Assembly (NCBI GenBank): GCA_050013255.1
Contig: JBEKFP010000001.1
Location: forward strand, 1,280,001-1,344,000
DNA length: 64,000 nt
Reading direction: 5' to 3'
Source of the DNA: Candidatus Bathyarchaeia archaeon
Lineage (GTDB): Archaea > Thermoproteota > Bathyarchaeia > 40CM-2-53-6
Part shown: one piece after another, positions 1 to 10,635 of the stretch
How the letters are laid out: the number at the start of each line of letters is the position of its first letter
Numbering within the stretch: position 1 is the first letter of the stretch
Notes under the pieces: model-generated
What the model was told of the DNA's origin: nothing
Seen by the model: the letters and a program-made list of their open reading frames with translations, nothing else
The model's database searches: none
Program-made: the position numbers and the translations under genes

Positions 1-742
1 AGACCACCTACCCTTCAGAGACCTCCCGCTGGGCCTAATGATTGCTAGCAATGCCGGAGCCTATGCAGAACCTATGGCGGAGCATGCAGTCGCCATGATC
101 CTAGCCATTACTAAGAACCTCTTCGACCGGCAGGTGAAACTCAGGAACGGGACATTTGACCAAACCAATGTGAACCGGATGCTACAGGGCTCCACTTGTG
201 CGATCTTGGGTTTCGGCGGTATAGGAAAGGCGGTTGCACGCCTCCTGCGCTGTTTTGATGTCAAGATCTATGCGCTCAACACGACCGGGCGAACCGATGA
301 GCCAGTCGACTTTATTGGAACACTCAGAGACCTCGAACATGTGCTGCGCCTCGCCGACATCGTCATCCTCACCCTTCCATTAACGAATTCAACTCGAAAG
401 TTAATCGGGAAGGAGCAGTTGGGATGGATGAAGAATGATGCTGTCCTTGTGAACGTTGCGCGCGCGGACATCATTGACGAGGCCGAACTATACCAGAAGC
501 TGAAGGAGAAACCTCAGTTCACAGCCGCGATTGACGCTTGGTGGATTGAACCCCTACGCCACGGGAGGTTTTCCACAAACTATCCCTTCCTAGAGTTGCC
601 CAACGTTCTGGGCTCACCACACAACTCCGGGATCGTCCACAATTCTTTTCAAAAGGGCACGATGCACGCAGTTGAGAACGTGAAACGATTCCTGAACCAC
701 GAACCCGTACTGGGCGTGGTCAGGAGAAGTGACTACACGTAA
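1..742 (+). CDS. D-isomer-specific 2-hydroxyacid dehydrogenase (5' end probably outside window)
   Basis: GFGGIG Rossmann motif, NVARA and catalytic SPHNSG; N-terminal domain is missing from the ORF. Confidence 0.9.
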   Translation, partial: DHLPFRDLPLGLMIASNAGAYAEPMAEHAVAMILAITKNLFDRQVKLRNGTFDQTNVNRMLQGSTCAILGFGGIGKAVARLLRCFDVKIYALNTTGRTDEPVDFIGTLRDLEHVLRLADIVILTLPLTNSTRKLIGKEQLGWMKNDAVLVNVARADIIDEAELYQKLKEKPQFTAAIDAWWIEPLRHGRFSTNYPFLELPNVLGSPHNSGIVHNSFQKGTMHAVENVKRFLNHEPVLGVVRRSDYT

Positions 743-829
743 CCTATAGGCTCCCGGCCATTGCTAGGCCGCGACCCCATCTTGGGTGAATAGAAAACAT
801 GAAAAACCTGCACACCCGACGTATGGAGT

Positions 830-1123
830 ATGCTTAGCTGTTCAAATTGCCAGACGACCGTTAGCGAGCAGGCTCTCTTCTGTCACCGTTGCGGCGCAAG
901 ATTCACCGCTTCGTACGCGCCTTCCGCATACAATGTTCAAGCAGACTTGGTTCAACAATCTCTCGGCCTGCTCTCACGCCTGTGGCCATCGTTGTCCACG
1001 CAGGAGAGAGCTAGTACGATCGCCCTACTGCCGTACGCGTTCCAGGGGTACCCGGCCGCCCTTCAAAGCCTTCGAGGGTGGTTCGCCGATCGCTCAAGAT
1101 ACGACACGCGACCCTACACGTAA
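830..1123 (+). CDS. Small zinc-ribbon protein
   Basis: CSNC...FCHRCG; GGAG upstream of ATG. Confidence 0.6.
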   Translation: MLSCSNCQTTVSEQALFCHRCGARFTASYAPSAYNVQADLVQQSLGLLSRLWPSLSTQERASTIALLPYAFQGYPAALQSLRGWFADRSRYDTRPYT

Positions 1124-1325
1124 CATTGCAGACACGTTAGTTGGGCTCATGCGAGAATAAAAGCACGGAGGCGTGCGCCCCATGATGATAGACTGTGCCG
1201 TGACGCGCGTAGCGACATATGCGTTCACATTCGCTTAGGCGCTATACTTTCTTTCCCTGCATGCTTCAAATATACTGTTCATTGCTTGGTTGGAGTTATC
1301 TGGTTTAGAGGAGGTGTGTGATGAT

Positions 1326-1697
1326 ATGGATAGGACGATTGTTCACTTCGAGATCCCCGCCAACGACCCGGCCAAGCTTTCGCAGTTCTATTCGAAACTT
1401 TTCGGATGGACCTTCGAGAAGTGGGGTGGCTCCGAGACGGAGTATTGGATGATTAAGACGAAGGCGAAGGATGAGGATGTGGGGGTTAATGGTGGTATGA
1501 TGAAGAAAATGGACCCGAACCAAAGGCCGCTTAACTACGTGCTTGTTGAGTCGGTTGACGATTTCAGCAAGAAGCTGGTTCAACTGGGCGGGAAGATTGT
1601 GATGCCTAAGAGGGAGATACCGAACATGGGCCAGTTTGCTGTGGCGCTGGATCCGGAAGGGAACGGCTTCGGGATTTACGAATCCGGCGAGAAATAG
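1326..1697 (+). CDS. VOC/glyoxalase family protein
   Basis: IVHFEIP...FYSKLFGW...DPEGN; GAGGTG Shine-Dalgarno before ATG 1326. Confidence 0.9.
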   Translation: MDRTIVHFEIPANDPAKLSQFYSKLFGWTFEKWGGSETEYWMIKTKAKDEDVGVNGGMMKKMDPNQRPLNYVLVESVDDFSKKLVQLGGKIVMPKREIPNMGQFAVALDPEGNGFGIYESGEK

Positions 1698-1828
1698 GGA
1701 AAATGGGACGTGCCTAGCTCGCCAGCTCACCTTTTTTAAAACAAAACTTCCAGTCGACTATTATTCTAGTCGCTTATTATCGTGGCGACCGCGATTGTCC
1801 TCTACCGAAAACGTAGTCAAACACCCAA

Positions 1829-1931
1829 GCCGGAAGCTTTCTGGAAGTGGTAGTTCAGTTCAATATGAATAAACGTAAGACGGGCATTCTTTGCTGATAG
1901 GTCGTGGCTTGATATGAATTATGTTAGACTT
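1829..1931 (+). repeat. Copy 1 of ~100-bp repeat (aldo/keto reductase upstream region plus first 6 codons)
   Basis: Near-identical to 42910-43012. Confidence 0.9.
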
Positions 1932-2927
1932 GGAGACAGCGGATTAAAAGTTTCTGAGATTTGTCTTGGCACTTGGCATCTTCCGAGGTTGAAGGAAACT
2001 GATTCGTATGGGATACCGAAAGTGGACGCTGAAGAAACAAGAAGGGTAGTGAATCTGGCTTTTGATCATGGTATAAACTTCATTGATACTGCGAACCGAT
2101 ACCATGGAGCGATGGCTCCAGTTGATTTGAACCATTATGGGAACGCCGAGAAGATCCTGTCAGAAATACTCAGAGACCACGAAAGAGAGAGCTTTGTGTT
2201 GGCAACAAAGGTGGGGAACGAAATGGCACCCTGGCCGAATGGACGCGGCCTGTCAAGGAAACACATGTTCTGGCAAATAACCGAAAGTTTGAAGCGATTA
2301 AAATTGGAATACGTGGACGTATATTTGGCTCATCTCCCAGATGAGGAAACTCCGCATCTAGAAACTTTGCAAGCTTTCAGTGACCTAGTCGCAATGGGGA
2401 AAATTCACTATATCGGTTGTTCCAACTTCACGACAGAACAGGTCATAGACTTCATGGAGCTTTCCAAAGTGCATGACCTAGTCAGTTTTGTTACACTCCA
2501 AGACCCATATAGCCTAGGTAACCGAAGCATCGAATCCAACATGCTACCTCTAGCTCGCAAGTACAACTTCACAACAATGGCGTATTCTACGCTAGCTGAA
2601 GGATTACTATCCAGCAGATACCTAGACGGAGTTCCAGTTGGATCAAGAGCAACATATTCCCAGAGCCTCAAGAAAGCATTATCTGAGAAAAACCTAGAGT
2701 CCTTGAGAAAACTATCCACCTTAGCCAGCGAGAAGGGCATCTCGTTATCCCAACTCGCGATTGCATGGATACTTCACAAGCAGAAAAAACTTGGCGTCAA
2801 CATAATTCCGATCATCGGAGTATCGAACAAAGAACAACTACTAGAAAATCTTCAAGCATTAGAAGTCCACCTATCCGAAGATGACATGTTAAAAGCGGAA
2901 CAGAGTGCGCTCCCAATCCAAGTCTAA
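1914..2927 (+). CDS. Aldo/keto reductase
   Basis: LGDSGLKVSEICLGT, FIDTANRY, LATKV, IGCSN. Confidence 0.95.
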   Translation: MNYVRLGDSGLKVSEICLGTWHLPRLKETDSYGIPKVDAEETRRVVNLAFDHGINFIDTANRYHGAMAPVDLNHYGNAEKILSEILRDHERESFVLATKVGNEMAPWPNGRGLSRKHMFWQITESLKRLKLEYVDVYLAHLPDEETPHLETLQAFSDLVAMGKIHYIGCSNFTTEQVIDFMELSKVHDLVSFVTLQDPYSLGNRSIESNMLPLARKYNFTTMAYSTLAEGLLSSRYLDGVPVGSRATYSQSLKKALSEKNLESLRKLSTLASEKGISLSQLAIAWILHKQKKLGVNIIPIIGVSNKEQLLENLQALEVHLSEDDMLKAEQSALPIQV

Positions 2928-3080
2928 CTTTCACTAATGCATGTTACGAAACTCTGGACTTGAGATTTCATTTAGTTTCACGCAGCACTCACACTGGCCT
3001 TTCATTGAGGTCGTGATGCTACAGTTGCTTTCTCGACCACTCGGCCACGCCACACGTTCTTCCTGTTTAGCTCTTGTCGC

Positions 3081-4166
3081 TCAGAACGTGAGTTTTCCGT
3101 TCCGGGCGATGGCATTGCCCTCTACTGTTAGTGTAGCTTTCGTTATGACCCCGGCGAAATAGAAATCGGTTTTGTTGGCGCCCCCTATGTCGTCGTTGCC
3201 GCCAATGCCTACGGTCACGACACCGGAGGCTAGGCTATCTTGAAGGAACCCCGTTCTCACCTGCGGGTTCACGCCAACGCCGATAACTGCAATCCTATCC
3301 CTCTCACCTGAGGCTTTGTCATAGGCTGCCTTCAGAAGGTTCGCGTTCAAACGGCCTCGATAATTCGACAGCAACCCATTCCTGAAATCTAATCGAACTC
3401 CGCCAACCCATTTACCCATGAATGACGTTGGCCTGTCGAAAACGACGCTCCCCTCCGCATAAGTCTCATCTGGGCATGCCAAGACATCGCCGCCCGGTAT
3501 GTTAGCAACGTTTCGGCCATGATCAAGATCCTCTGAGTCGACGATGCAGTCGTCCTGGAACGCATCACGACCTGCCAATCGAAGGGTAAGGTTGGTGCCA
3601 TTGGGGGCGGTGAGTTTGACCTCGCCGTTGCGCATGAGGGATGCGAGCTTCGCCACCTTGCCTTTGAGCTCCGCAAAGTCCACCCCGGAGGCTGCGATCA
3701 ACATACGCTGCCAGGAGGCGAGTGGGATTTTGTAGGCGTGGGCACGCTGTTGTGTGGCGTACCCTAATGCTATCCGTGCTCCTTTAAGCCGGCACTTTTT
3801 CGCCCTTTCATACCATTCTTCGTTGTAGCTAGTTGCGGCGCCGAATTTTTGGCGGTTCTTCCATATTTTGAGGAAGTCCGCTGGGCCGGTGATGAAGACG
3901 TATCCTTTGGCTTTCTCGACCGCCGCCCACTCATGCTCTCCAACTTTTCCCAGCTTCTCTTCGGGAAGCGTTTCAGCACTTTTCCAGAAGGTTTCTTCAT
4001 GCTCGAACAGTAGCATTGGGCGCGCTCCGAGTTCGCGAAGCTTGTAGATGAATGCGTCTGCTATGGGAAGGCCGTGGTCCCAGGTCTCAACGATTACGTC
4101 ATCGCCTGGCTGGATGCCGAGGGTTGATGAGAGAACGTTTGTTGCTAGGGCATCATAACTGAACAT
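3081..4166 (-). CDS. Aminopeptidase, M29/aminopeptidase T-like
   Basis: GTNLTL, NIPGGDV, IGVGVNP; several usual metal ligands look substituted. Confidence 0.75.
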   Translation of the reverse strand: MFSYDALATNVLSSTLGIQPGDDVIVETWDHGLPIADAFIYKLRELGARPMLLFEHEETFWKSAETLPEEKLGKVGEHEWAAVEKAKGYVFITGPADFLKIWKNRQKFGAATSYNEEWYERAKKCRLKGARIALGYATQQRAHAYKIPLASWQRMLIAASGVDFAELKGKVAKLASLMRNGEVKLTAPNGTNLTLRLAGRDAFQDDCIVDSEDLDHGRNVANIPGGDVLACPDETYAEGSVVFDRPTSFMGKWVGGVRLDFRNGLLSNYRGRLNANLLKAAYDKASGERDRIAVIGVGVNPQVRTGFLQDSLASGVVTVGIGGNDDIGGANKTDFYFAGVITKATLTVEGNAIARNGKLTF

Positions 4167-4325
4167 AGTTCAAGCACCACGCAGCCACCCACCCATAAGA
4201 CTTTACCTCGTTTGGAGTAAAGCAGAGAAATAACATGAGAAGACCATGAGGCAAGCAAGTCCGATGGACGCCGCAAAGATGCACGAAAGAAATAGTGACG
4301 CGACGAGTACTGCCGATGCTGCTGG

Positions 4326-4499
4326 TCAATACAACGATCTGTTGCACTTGACACACCATTGCGCCGCTCTAGGGTTTACGGCGCCGCAACTTACACAAGT
4401 CTTCATCGTTTGTGTTTGACTTTGTGCGATCGGGTTGAAGCCGCAATACGGGCAAGGGATTTGCGCTGAATACTTTCCACATTTATCGCAAAACGGCAT
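4326..4499 (-). CDS. 57-aa double zinc-ribbon protein (below ORF-track cutoff)
   Basis: Hand translation MPFCDKCGKYSAQIPCPYCG...CVSCGAVNPRAAQWCVKCNRSLY* has four CxxC pairs. Confidence 0.75.
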   Translation of the reverse strand: MPFCDKCGKYSAQIPCPYCGFNPIAQSQTQTMKTCVSCGAVNPRAAQWCVKCNRSLY

Positions 4500-4632
4500 G
4501 CTTCGAGAAGTGTCGGGTCAAGGTAATATTCTTTGGTCATCATAACCAACGAATTATCGAAAGTCAGGTGTGAAAGCGCGTGGCAATGGAGATTATTGAT
4601 TGATATTCCAAGAATTGTTGCGATGAGAAGCT

Positions 4633-5865
4633 TTGCTGACGCCCCGTAAGTACAAGTTGTCCATCTCTCGCCGGATGGCTACGCTTGGCTCGAGGGTTTT
4701 CTCTCCAGAGCCGGCTGTTCGTTCGCTGATCGTTTACAACCTGCTCCAGGGCATGTATCTTGGTTACATCAGGATCTTTTGGCAGCCCTGGATGGTTTCT
4801 CTAGGGATCTCTATCGCGATAATTGGAGTTTTGGAGAGTGGGGCAGGAAGAAACGGAGCGATATCCGGTTTAATGCAAGTGGTGGGAGGAAGGTTTTCGG
4901 ACCGCCGGGGACGCAGGAGGCTGATTCTTGCAGGAAGTGGTTTCCTCATCGCGTGCTGGCTGACATCCGCGGGGGCATTCTTCTTCGGTTCCTCAGCGCT
5001 CGTATACCTCGCCTACCTCCTCTGGGGTCTCAGTCTGCTGTCGCTCCCGGTAATTGACGCGATGATGGCCGACTACATCGAGACGCCTGACCGTTCAAGA
5101 GTATACAGCACTATGCTAGTTGCGAATTTCATACCAGGTTCAATAACCGGATTCCTTGCGGGAGAGTACGGGGCTTCTCTGAGTCCCCCGCTTCTTCTTG
5201 TACTCGCAGCTGGGCTCGAGACCGTCGGCTTCGCTTTGCTCTTCGTCAAGGTTCGAGACAAAGGCGTAGCGAGTGTGATTCATAGGGCTCCAGTCAGTCT
5301 TAGGGCTACGTGGGAGTGTATCAGCCAGTTCCGGGGGTTCTTCAGCATCTTCATGATGGACGCAACAGCTTGGTCGCTCGCAACTGGAATCTTGTACGCC
5401 CTTCTCTCAACTCGGGGCTTCACCCAGTTTGAATTCGGGGTTGTCGCCCTCACGCAGCCCATCGGAGTTGTGTTCGGCACCGTTCCCGGTGGGTGGTTGA
5501 CGCACCGCATCGGGGCGAGAAGGCTGCTTATGACATCGGAAATCCTAGGAGCGGTCATGGTATTGGGATGGGCCTTCTACCCGGTTGAGCCTCTGGTTCC
5601 TCTATATGGGATCGTGTGGGGTTTCGCGATCTCAACTTGGGTGCCGGCACAATTCCACCTGTCGGCGGCCATGTTCCCCGAAGGGAGGAGGGGAGAAATG
5701 CTTGGGGCTCTAGCAACATCGGTCTACTTCGTCCGCTTCGCTGGCCCCATAGTCGCCGCCGGGCTGTATCTCACCTTCGGCTACCCCGCTCCCATGGTGG
5801 CCGGTGGCCTTGCAATATTCGCAACAATCATTTTGATCAGGAGATTCCTGCCGCAGGACGATTAG
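4633..5865 (+). CDS. MFS transporter
   Basis: About 12 hydrophobic segments; motif A GRFSDRRGRR. Confidence 0.9.
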   Translation: MLTPRKYKLSISRRMATLGSRVFSPEPAVRSLIVYNLLQGMYLGYIRIFWQPWMVSLGISIAIIGVLESGAGRNGAISGLMQVVGGRFSDRRGRRRLILAGSGFLIACWLTSAGAFFFGSSALVYLAYLLWGLSLLSLPVIDAMMADYIETPDRSRVYSTMLVANFIPGSITGFLAGEYGASLSPPLLLVLAAGLETVGFALLFVKVRDKGVASVIHRAPVSLRATWECISQFRGFFSIFMMDATAWSLATGILYALLSTRGFTQFEFGVVALTQPIGVVFGTVPGGWLTHRIGARRLLMTSEILGAVMVLGWAFYPVEPLVPLYGIVWGFAISTWVPAQFHLSAAMFPEGRRGEMLGALATSVYFVRFAGPIVAAGLYLTFGYPAPMVAGGLAIFATIILIRRFLPQDD

Positions 5866-6065
5866 GCTGCATCAGATGTGGCTTCCTTTTGGGGTTCCGC
5901 CGCAACCGCTCGTCCCGTTCGCGTTTCTAGCGATACTTTGTTCGTCCGAGGCTCGGGTCGGTGGGATTCGGACTCGTCGGTGCTTCGGATTAGCCCCTTT
6001 GAAACCTAACTGCTAGGTATGAATTATAAGCGCAACCACGATACGATAAAATTGGGGCGATTCTA

Positions 6066-6395
6066 TTGAGTGATATTGACGTTCATCAGTTGCCCTCAAC
6101 GCTGAGGAAGTTCATCGAACGGAACCCGAAGGTCTGGGAATCCCACGAAGCATTAGGACTAGCCTGCAGAAAAGCAGGGCCCTTATCTGACAAACACATT
6201 GAATTCATCAAGATGGCGATCACGGCGAGTCAGACGCTTGAAACCGCGTTCAAGACCCACGCCAGAAAAGCCGCTGAGGCTGGTGCCAGTCGTGATGAAA
6301 TGGAGCATGTAGTGATTCAATTGCTGCCAATTATGGGTCTGGGCCGCACTATGATGGCGGCGAAATGGTTGGAAGAAGCAGCTGGACCGAGATGA
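6066..6395 (+). CDS. Carboxymuconolactone decarboxylase/AhpD family protein
   Basis: AGPLSDKHIEFI...HARKAAEAGASRDEM. Confidence 0.85.
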   Translation: MSDIDVHQLPSTLRKFIERNPKVWESHEALGLACRKAGPLSDKHIEFIKMAITASQTLETAFKTHARKAAEAGASRDEMEHVVIQLLPIMGLGRTMMAAKWLEEAAGPR

Positions 6396-6411
6396 AGCCA
6401 TCTAATTATTC

Positions 6412-6849
6412 TTGTTTTTGGATTTTCAACCCTCTCTGATCACTGTAGGCGTTAACGTTTTGCTGGGAACTCAGCGGTGGGAACGGCGATTCAAAGAGGC
6501 CGCTCAGCATCATGGAGGTAAATGCGTTGGGCTGGCTATCGGAGTCAGAGCGGTAGATGTTGTAGAGCGGGAACTTGACATCTCCGATAATACGTCAGCT
6601 CTTGAAGTAAAGCTGGGAACGAAAAAATGCCTTGGGGATGCTTTCAAGTCCCTCCTAGGCCTTCAGAAAAGGCAGGTCGAATATGTGAACCCCCGAAACG
6701 ACGTTATACTTGTGACTTTGGGAACAGACGCGATTGAGCTTCACCTTACTCCAACGAAAATCATGGAAGTCGCAAACGTGTTTGAGAAGTCCGACGAGGA
6801 CCTCTTTCCAGTCATCAGGAGACTGAAGCTTAACGCGGGGAGTCACTAG
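6412..6849 (+). CDS. FmdE-like (formylmethanofuran dehydrogenase subunit E family) protein
   Basis: HHGGKCVGLAIG and CLGDAF; adjacent to Mo-cofactor genes; start uncertain. Confidence 0.7.
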   Translation: MFLDFQPSLITVGVNVLLGTQRWERRFKEAAQHHGGKCVGLAIGVRAVDVVERELDISDNTSALEVKLGTKKCLGDAFKSLLGLQKRQVEYVNPRNDVILVTLGTDAIELHLTPTKIMEVANVFEKSDEDLFPVIRRLKLNAGSH

Positions 6850-6862
6850 TGCGGCTTGAGCC

Positions 6863-7510
6863 TCAATGAGGTTCGCGTTTCAATTTGCTGATGATCTTTT
6901 TGAGATCTTCCGTAGTGTTGATGTTGGCAAAAGTGTCGAGGTCAGGATCTAACCCTCGAAGCTCGTCGATGTCAACGTAACGCACGTTACTGATTGACCT
7001 TACCAGGGAGATGACCGAACGACGACCTTCTCGAATAAGTCGTTCAGCTTCCCTCGCCGCGCTTTCCACTCTGTACACTCCATGTAGAGGTTCTAGTCGT
7101 CCATCTTTCCACATCGGGACGGCCGCTTCAAACCCGCGAACAGAAGCAAGTAGCTGCTGAAGGACTTCTCGGATTGGCAGGGGAGAGTCGACGGGGAGAA
7201 CCTGACAGTACTCATAGTGAGTATGACGTGCGCCGGTCAGAATCCCTCCTAAGGGGCCGATCCCTGCTATTTGATCGGTAATGACGTTCGTTTGGCCCAA
7301 TCGTTCCCGTATTTGTCTTTGTTGCAACTCGGTTCCTGCTACTACAACAACCTCTCCGTACAAACCCTCTATTCGGCTCTCTAAATGTTCAAGAATGGTT
7401 CGGCCCAAGACAGTGAATAGCGGCTTGTATGAGCCGAATCGTATTCCAGCACCACCGGCAAGGATTACCGCCGATACGGAATCGTTCTCCGCATTGGTTG
7501 TTTCAGGCAT
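6863..7510 (-). CDS. mobA: Molybdenum cofactor guanylyltransferase
   Basis: ILAGGAGIRFG..K, GPLGG, EPLHGVY, NINT. Confidence 0.9.
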   Translation of the reverse strand: MPETTNAENDSVSAVILAGGAGIRFGSYKPLFTVLGRTILEHLESRIEGLYGEVVVVAGTELQQRQIRERLGQTNVITDQIAGIGPLGGILTGARHTHYEYCQVLPVDSPLPIREVLQQLLASVRGFEAAVPMWKDGRLEPLHGVYRVESAAREAERLIREGRRSVISLVRSISNVRYVDIDELRGLDPDLDTFANINTTEDLKKIISKLKREPH

Positions 7511-7533
7511 TCTAAGCCTTCCGCTGAGCCAGA

Positions 7534-8070
7534 TCAGCCTATGAGTCTCAGGAATTTCACTGTGTCCTTAGGAAACTCGATCAATGGAATCTCATGGAAT
7601 GATTTTCCTGACTGCCCCTTTGCGACCCTCCCCGAAATGTAGTCTGGCCTAGGATTCATGTTCTCGAGGAAGCTTTCTGCGTCGCGTTTCGAGGAGACGC
7701 AGAGTACTCGATTGACGTCGCGCCGCGTTGAGAGTCGTCTATAGAAGCCTTCTATGAGAACGTAATTCGTTCTTTCCTTCCTGAGCATACTGATTATCTT
7801 GTCCAGTTTCACGTGGGTCGTATCTTCTCTCCGTATCACAGCGAGCTCCTTCGGGGCGAGGGAGACAACAATAGAGGCTCCTGCAGCGGCGTGGAGCCAA
7901 GTATCCTTGCCAGGAGTGTCAATCGTGAAATTCCTGTCGTGGATGTGTTTTATGGTGGCGACCTTCCTTCCGCGTTTCTTGAGCGCCCCAGCGATAGCCG
8001 TGATTGCTGTGGTCTTTCCACTTCCACTGTAACCGAGGAATAGGATAATTCGCAAATCCTTCCAGCCCAA
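7534..8070 (-). CDS. mobB: Molybdopterin-guanine dinucleotide biosynthesis protein B
   Basis: GYSGSGKTT, IKHIH, IDTPGKDTW, LIEGF. Confidence 0.92.
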   Translation of the reverse strand: MGWKDLRIILFLGYSGSGKTTAITAIAGALKKRGRKVATIKHIHDRNFTIDTPGKDTWLHAAAGASIVVSLAPKELAVIRREDTTHVKLDKIISMLRKERTNYVLIEGFYRRLSTRRDVNRVLCVSSKRDAESFLENMNPRPDYISGRVAKGQSGKSFHEIPLIEFPKDTVKFLRLIG

Positions 8071-8178
8071 GTCAGCGCGTAACTACCATAGGTCTCATTA
8101 TTGGTACCAGAAATATCGCATATAGAGTATTTGCACACGTTCTAAGAACGCCCAAGACCGCATTTTTCACTGGTCTCA

Positions 8179-10623
8179 TTGGCAGAAATTAAGAAGCCTG
8201 TAACTGTAATAGACCGCAGGGACTTCCTCAAATTATCAGCGATAACAGGAGTTCTAGCGTATGGCGCACTCTCATCCGACAACATCGTGCTAAACGCCCT
8301 TGAGCGTGTCTCTTCCGAAGTACCATTTCAGAGTAGCAGTAGTCAACCCACCCTCTTCAGAACTGCACATGCAAATAATTGCGATGGATCCTGCGGACTC
8401 ACAGTCACCGTAATCGACGGCAACATGACGAAGATAAGCAACGCCAGCTTCAACAACCCCGACTTTCCACCTAGGATATGCCTCCGAGGACTATCTAACC
8501 TCCAATACGTCTACCACCCTGACCGATTGAAGTACCCCATGCAGAATGTCGGCCCCAGGGGAAGTGGTCAATGGAAACGGATCACGTGGGATGAAGCGAC
8601 GACCATTATCGCGAATAAGTTCAATGAAGTTGCTCAGAAATACGGCCCCACTGCAGTCTACATCGCCCCCTACACGGGTAGCCTTACCGCGCTCAATGGT
8701 GTGATTGGAGCCGGTTACAGGTTTGCAAGCGTGATTGGTGCAAGCGCCGGCGATTTCGAAGGCGACAACGAAGGCGATTCAGCAGGGCCTTGCGGCGCGG
8801 TGGAGGCGCTTGGTAATTTTGACGGCCATGACCTTTCAGACCTGCGCAATTCACGCATGATCATTCTTTGGGGGAACAACCTTGCCGAAACCGACGTACC
8901 CGACATGCGATTTGTACTAGACGCCAAAGAAGCGGGAGGGAAGATAGTCTACATTGACCCTAGGTACACATCTACAGCATCTCTCGCTGACGAATGGATT
9001 TCCATACGGCCAGGAACCGATGGCGCCTTAGCACTCAGCATGATCAACGTGATCATCAGCGAGAACCTGTACAAGGCCGATTACGTAACGAATTACACTG
9101 TTGGTCCTTTTCTTGTGCGCCAAGACACGCAGATGTTCCTCAGGGAGAAGGACGTCGCCGGTGGAGACTCAACCAAGTACATGGTTTATGATTCCAATAG
9201 CAAAACAATTGTTCCGTCCGACAAAGACGGCATAGCGCCCTCACTCACTGGCTCATACAGCGCTGCGAGCACATCCTGCAAGCCCGCTTTTCAGCTGCTC
9301 ATCGATTTGGTGAGTCAGTACCCAACTTCTGAAGCTGAGAAAATAACTGGAGTTGCCGCCGCGGAGATTGAGAGCTTAGCCAAGGAGTTCGCGACGACGT
9401 CCCCAGCAGCAATCAAGGCTGGGTTCGGAGGAATCTCACACTGGTTCTACGGCGACCTGACATACAGGGCCATGATAACCCTCTCCGCCATATGCGGCAA
9501 CATCGGAGTACACGGCGGTGGTGTCACAATTTACAATGGCGCCCTACTGGACGCGGCTCTGGACCTTCCGGATTGGATGAACCCCGACAAGAAGACGTAC
9601 ACATACCTTGCACCCATCTTATTCTGCGATGCAGTACTGAACAGTAAGCCATTCCCAGTGAAAGCAGCGTGGTTCCCTGTGGACAACTTTGTGAACCAAC
9701 AAGCTGACACTAACCGCGTCATCTCCGCCCTTAAGGCGTGTGATTTCGTGGTTGTCTCGGACGTCTTCATGACTGCCACAGCGCAGTACGCGGACATCGT
9801 TCTACCAGTCGCCACACAATACGAACGCGAAGATCTGCTTGCAGGCGGAAACTACTACCTACAATACATGCCAAAAATAATCGATCCCCTGTGGGAAACC
9901 AAAGCTGACCTGGACATGTTCGCCGAAGTCGCCCAGAAGATGGGCCAAGGACAATACTTCGACAAAACTCCTGACGAATACATTAGCCTCCTCCTCAGCG
10001 GACTCCCCTCGGGACTAACGTTGGACACGTTGAAGAGCAAGGGTGTCGTGGCTTTGGCGGACGAAGATTTCTACACTTCCTCATTCCAACCAATCACACA
10101 CCCCTACGTTCCATACTACCAACAACACTTCCCCACACCGTCAGGCAGAATCGAATTCTATGTTGAATCCCTCATCCCCTACAACATGCCGCTACCCATC
10201 TACAAGGAACCAATTGAAGCGTCACCATCCAACTCGCTCTACCAGAAGTACCCTCTCGTAATGATAACATCACACACAAAATTCAGAACCCACACGCAGT
10301 GGAATAACTTGCCTTGGCTACGAGAGATCATCCCAAGGTCCTTCCTCGAAATTCACCCAACCGACGCTCAAGCACGAGGGATCAGTGATGGTGACACTGT
10401 GAACGTGTTTAACGACCGCGGCTCAATCCAACTCATGGCCAGAATCACAAACGGAATCAGACCGGGCGTTGTGAACGCATACCAAGGTGATTGGCAGGAA
10501 TTTCCCACGGCCGCAATCAACATGCTAACGCACCAGAAAGTGAACGAAGCACAATCCGTAGTCTTCCTGTTCCAATCCAATACCGCGTACTATGATATCC
10601 TGGTTGATGTTAAGAAATCATGA
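8179..10623 (+). CDS. Molybdopterin oxidoreductase catalytic subunit (DMSO reductase superfamily), Tat-exported
   Basis: RRDFLK Tat motif; HANNCDGSC..C FS0 motif; RLKYP, ADIVLP, PSGRIEF; C-terminal MGD-binding domain. Confidence 0.93.
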   Translation: MAEIKKPVTVIDRRDFLKLSAITGVLAYGALSSDNIVLNALERVSSEVPFQSSSSQPTLFRTAHANNCDGSCGLTVTVIDGNMTKISNASFNNPDFPPRICLRGLSNLQYVYHPDRLKYPMQNVGPRGSGQWKRITWDEATTIIANKFNEVAQKYGPTAVYIAPYTGSLTALNGVIGAGYRFASVIGASAGDFEGDNEGDSAGPCGAVEALGNFDGHDLSDLRNSRMIILWGNNLAETDVPDMRFVLDAKEAGGKIVYIDPRYTSTASLADEWISIRPGTDGALALSMINVIISENLYKADYVTNYTVGPFLVRQDTQMFLREKDVAGGDSTKYMVYDSNSKTIVPSDKDGIAPSLTGSYSAASTSCKPAFQLLIDLVSQYPTSEAEKITGVAAAEIESLAKEFATTSPAAIKAGFGGISHWFYGDLTYRAMITLSAICGNIGVHGGGVTIYNGALLDAALDLPDWMNPDKKTYTYLAPILFCDAVLNSKPFPVKAAWFPVDNFVNQQADTNRVISALKACDFVVVSDVFMTATAQYADIVLPVATQYEREDLLAGGNYYLQYMPKIIDPLWETKADLDMFAEVAQKMGQGQYFDKTPDEYISLLLSGLPSGLTLDTLKSKGVVALADEDFYTSSFQPITHPYVPYYQQHFPTPSGRIEFYVESLIPYNMPLPIYKEPIEASPSNSLYQKYPLVMITSHTKFRTHTQWNNLPWLREIIPRSFLEIHPTDAQARGISDGDTVNVFNDRGSIQLMARITNGIRPGVVNAYQGDWQEFPTAAINMLTHQKVNEAQSVVFLFQSNTAYYDILVDVKKS

Positions 10624-10635
10624 AGGTGAAATGAG

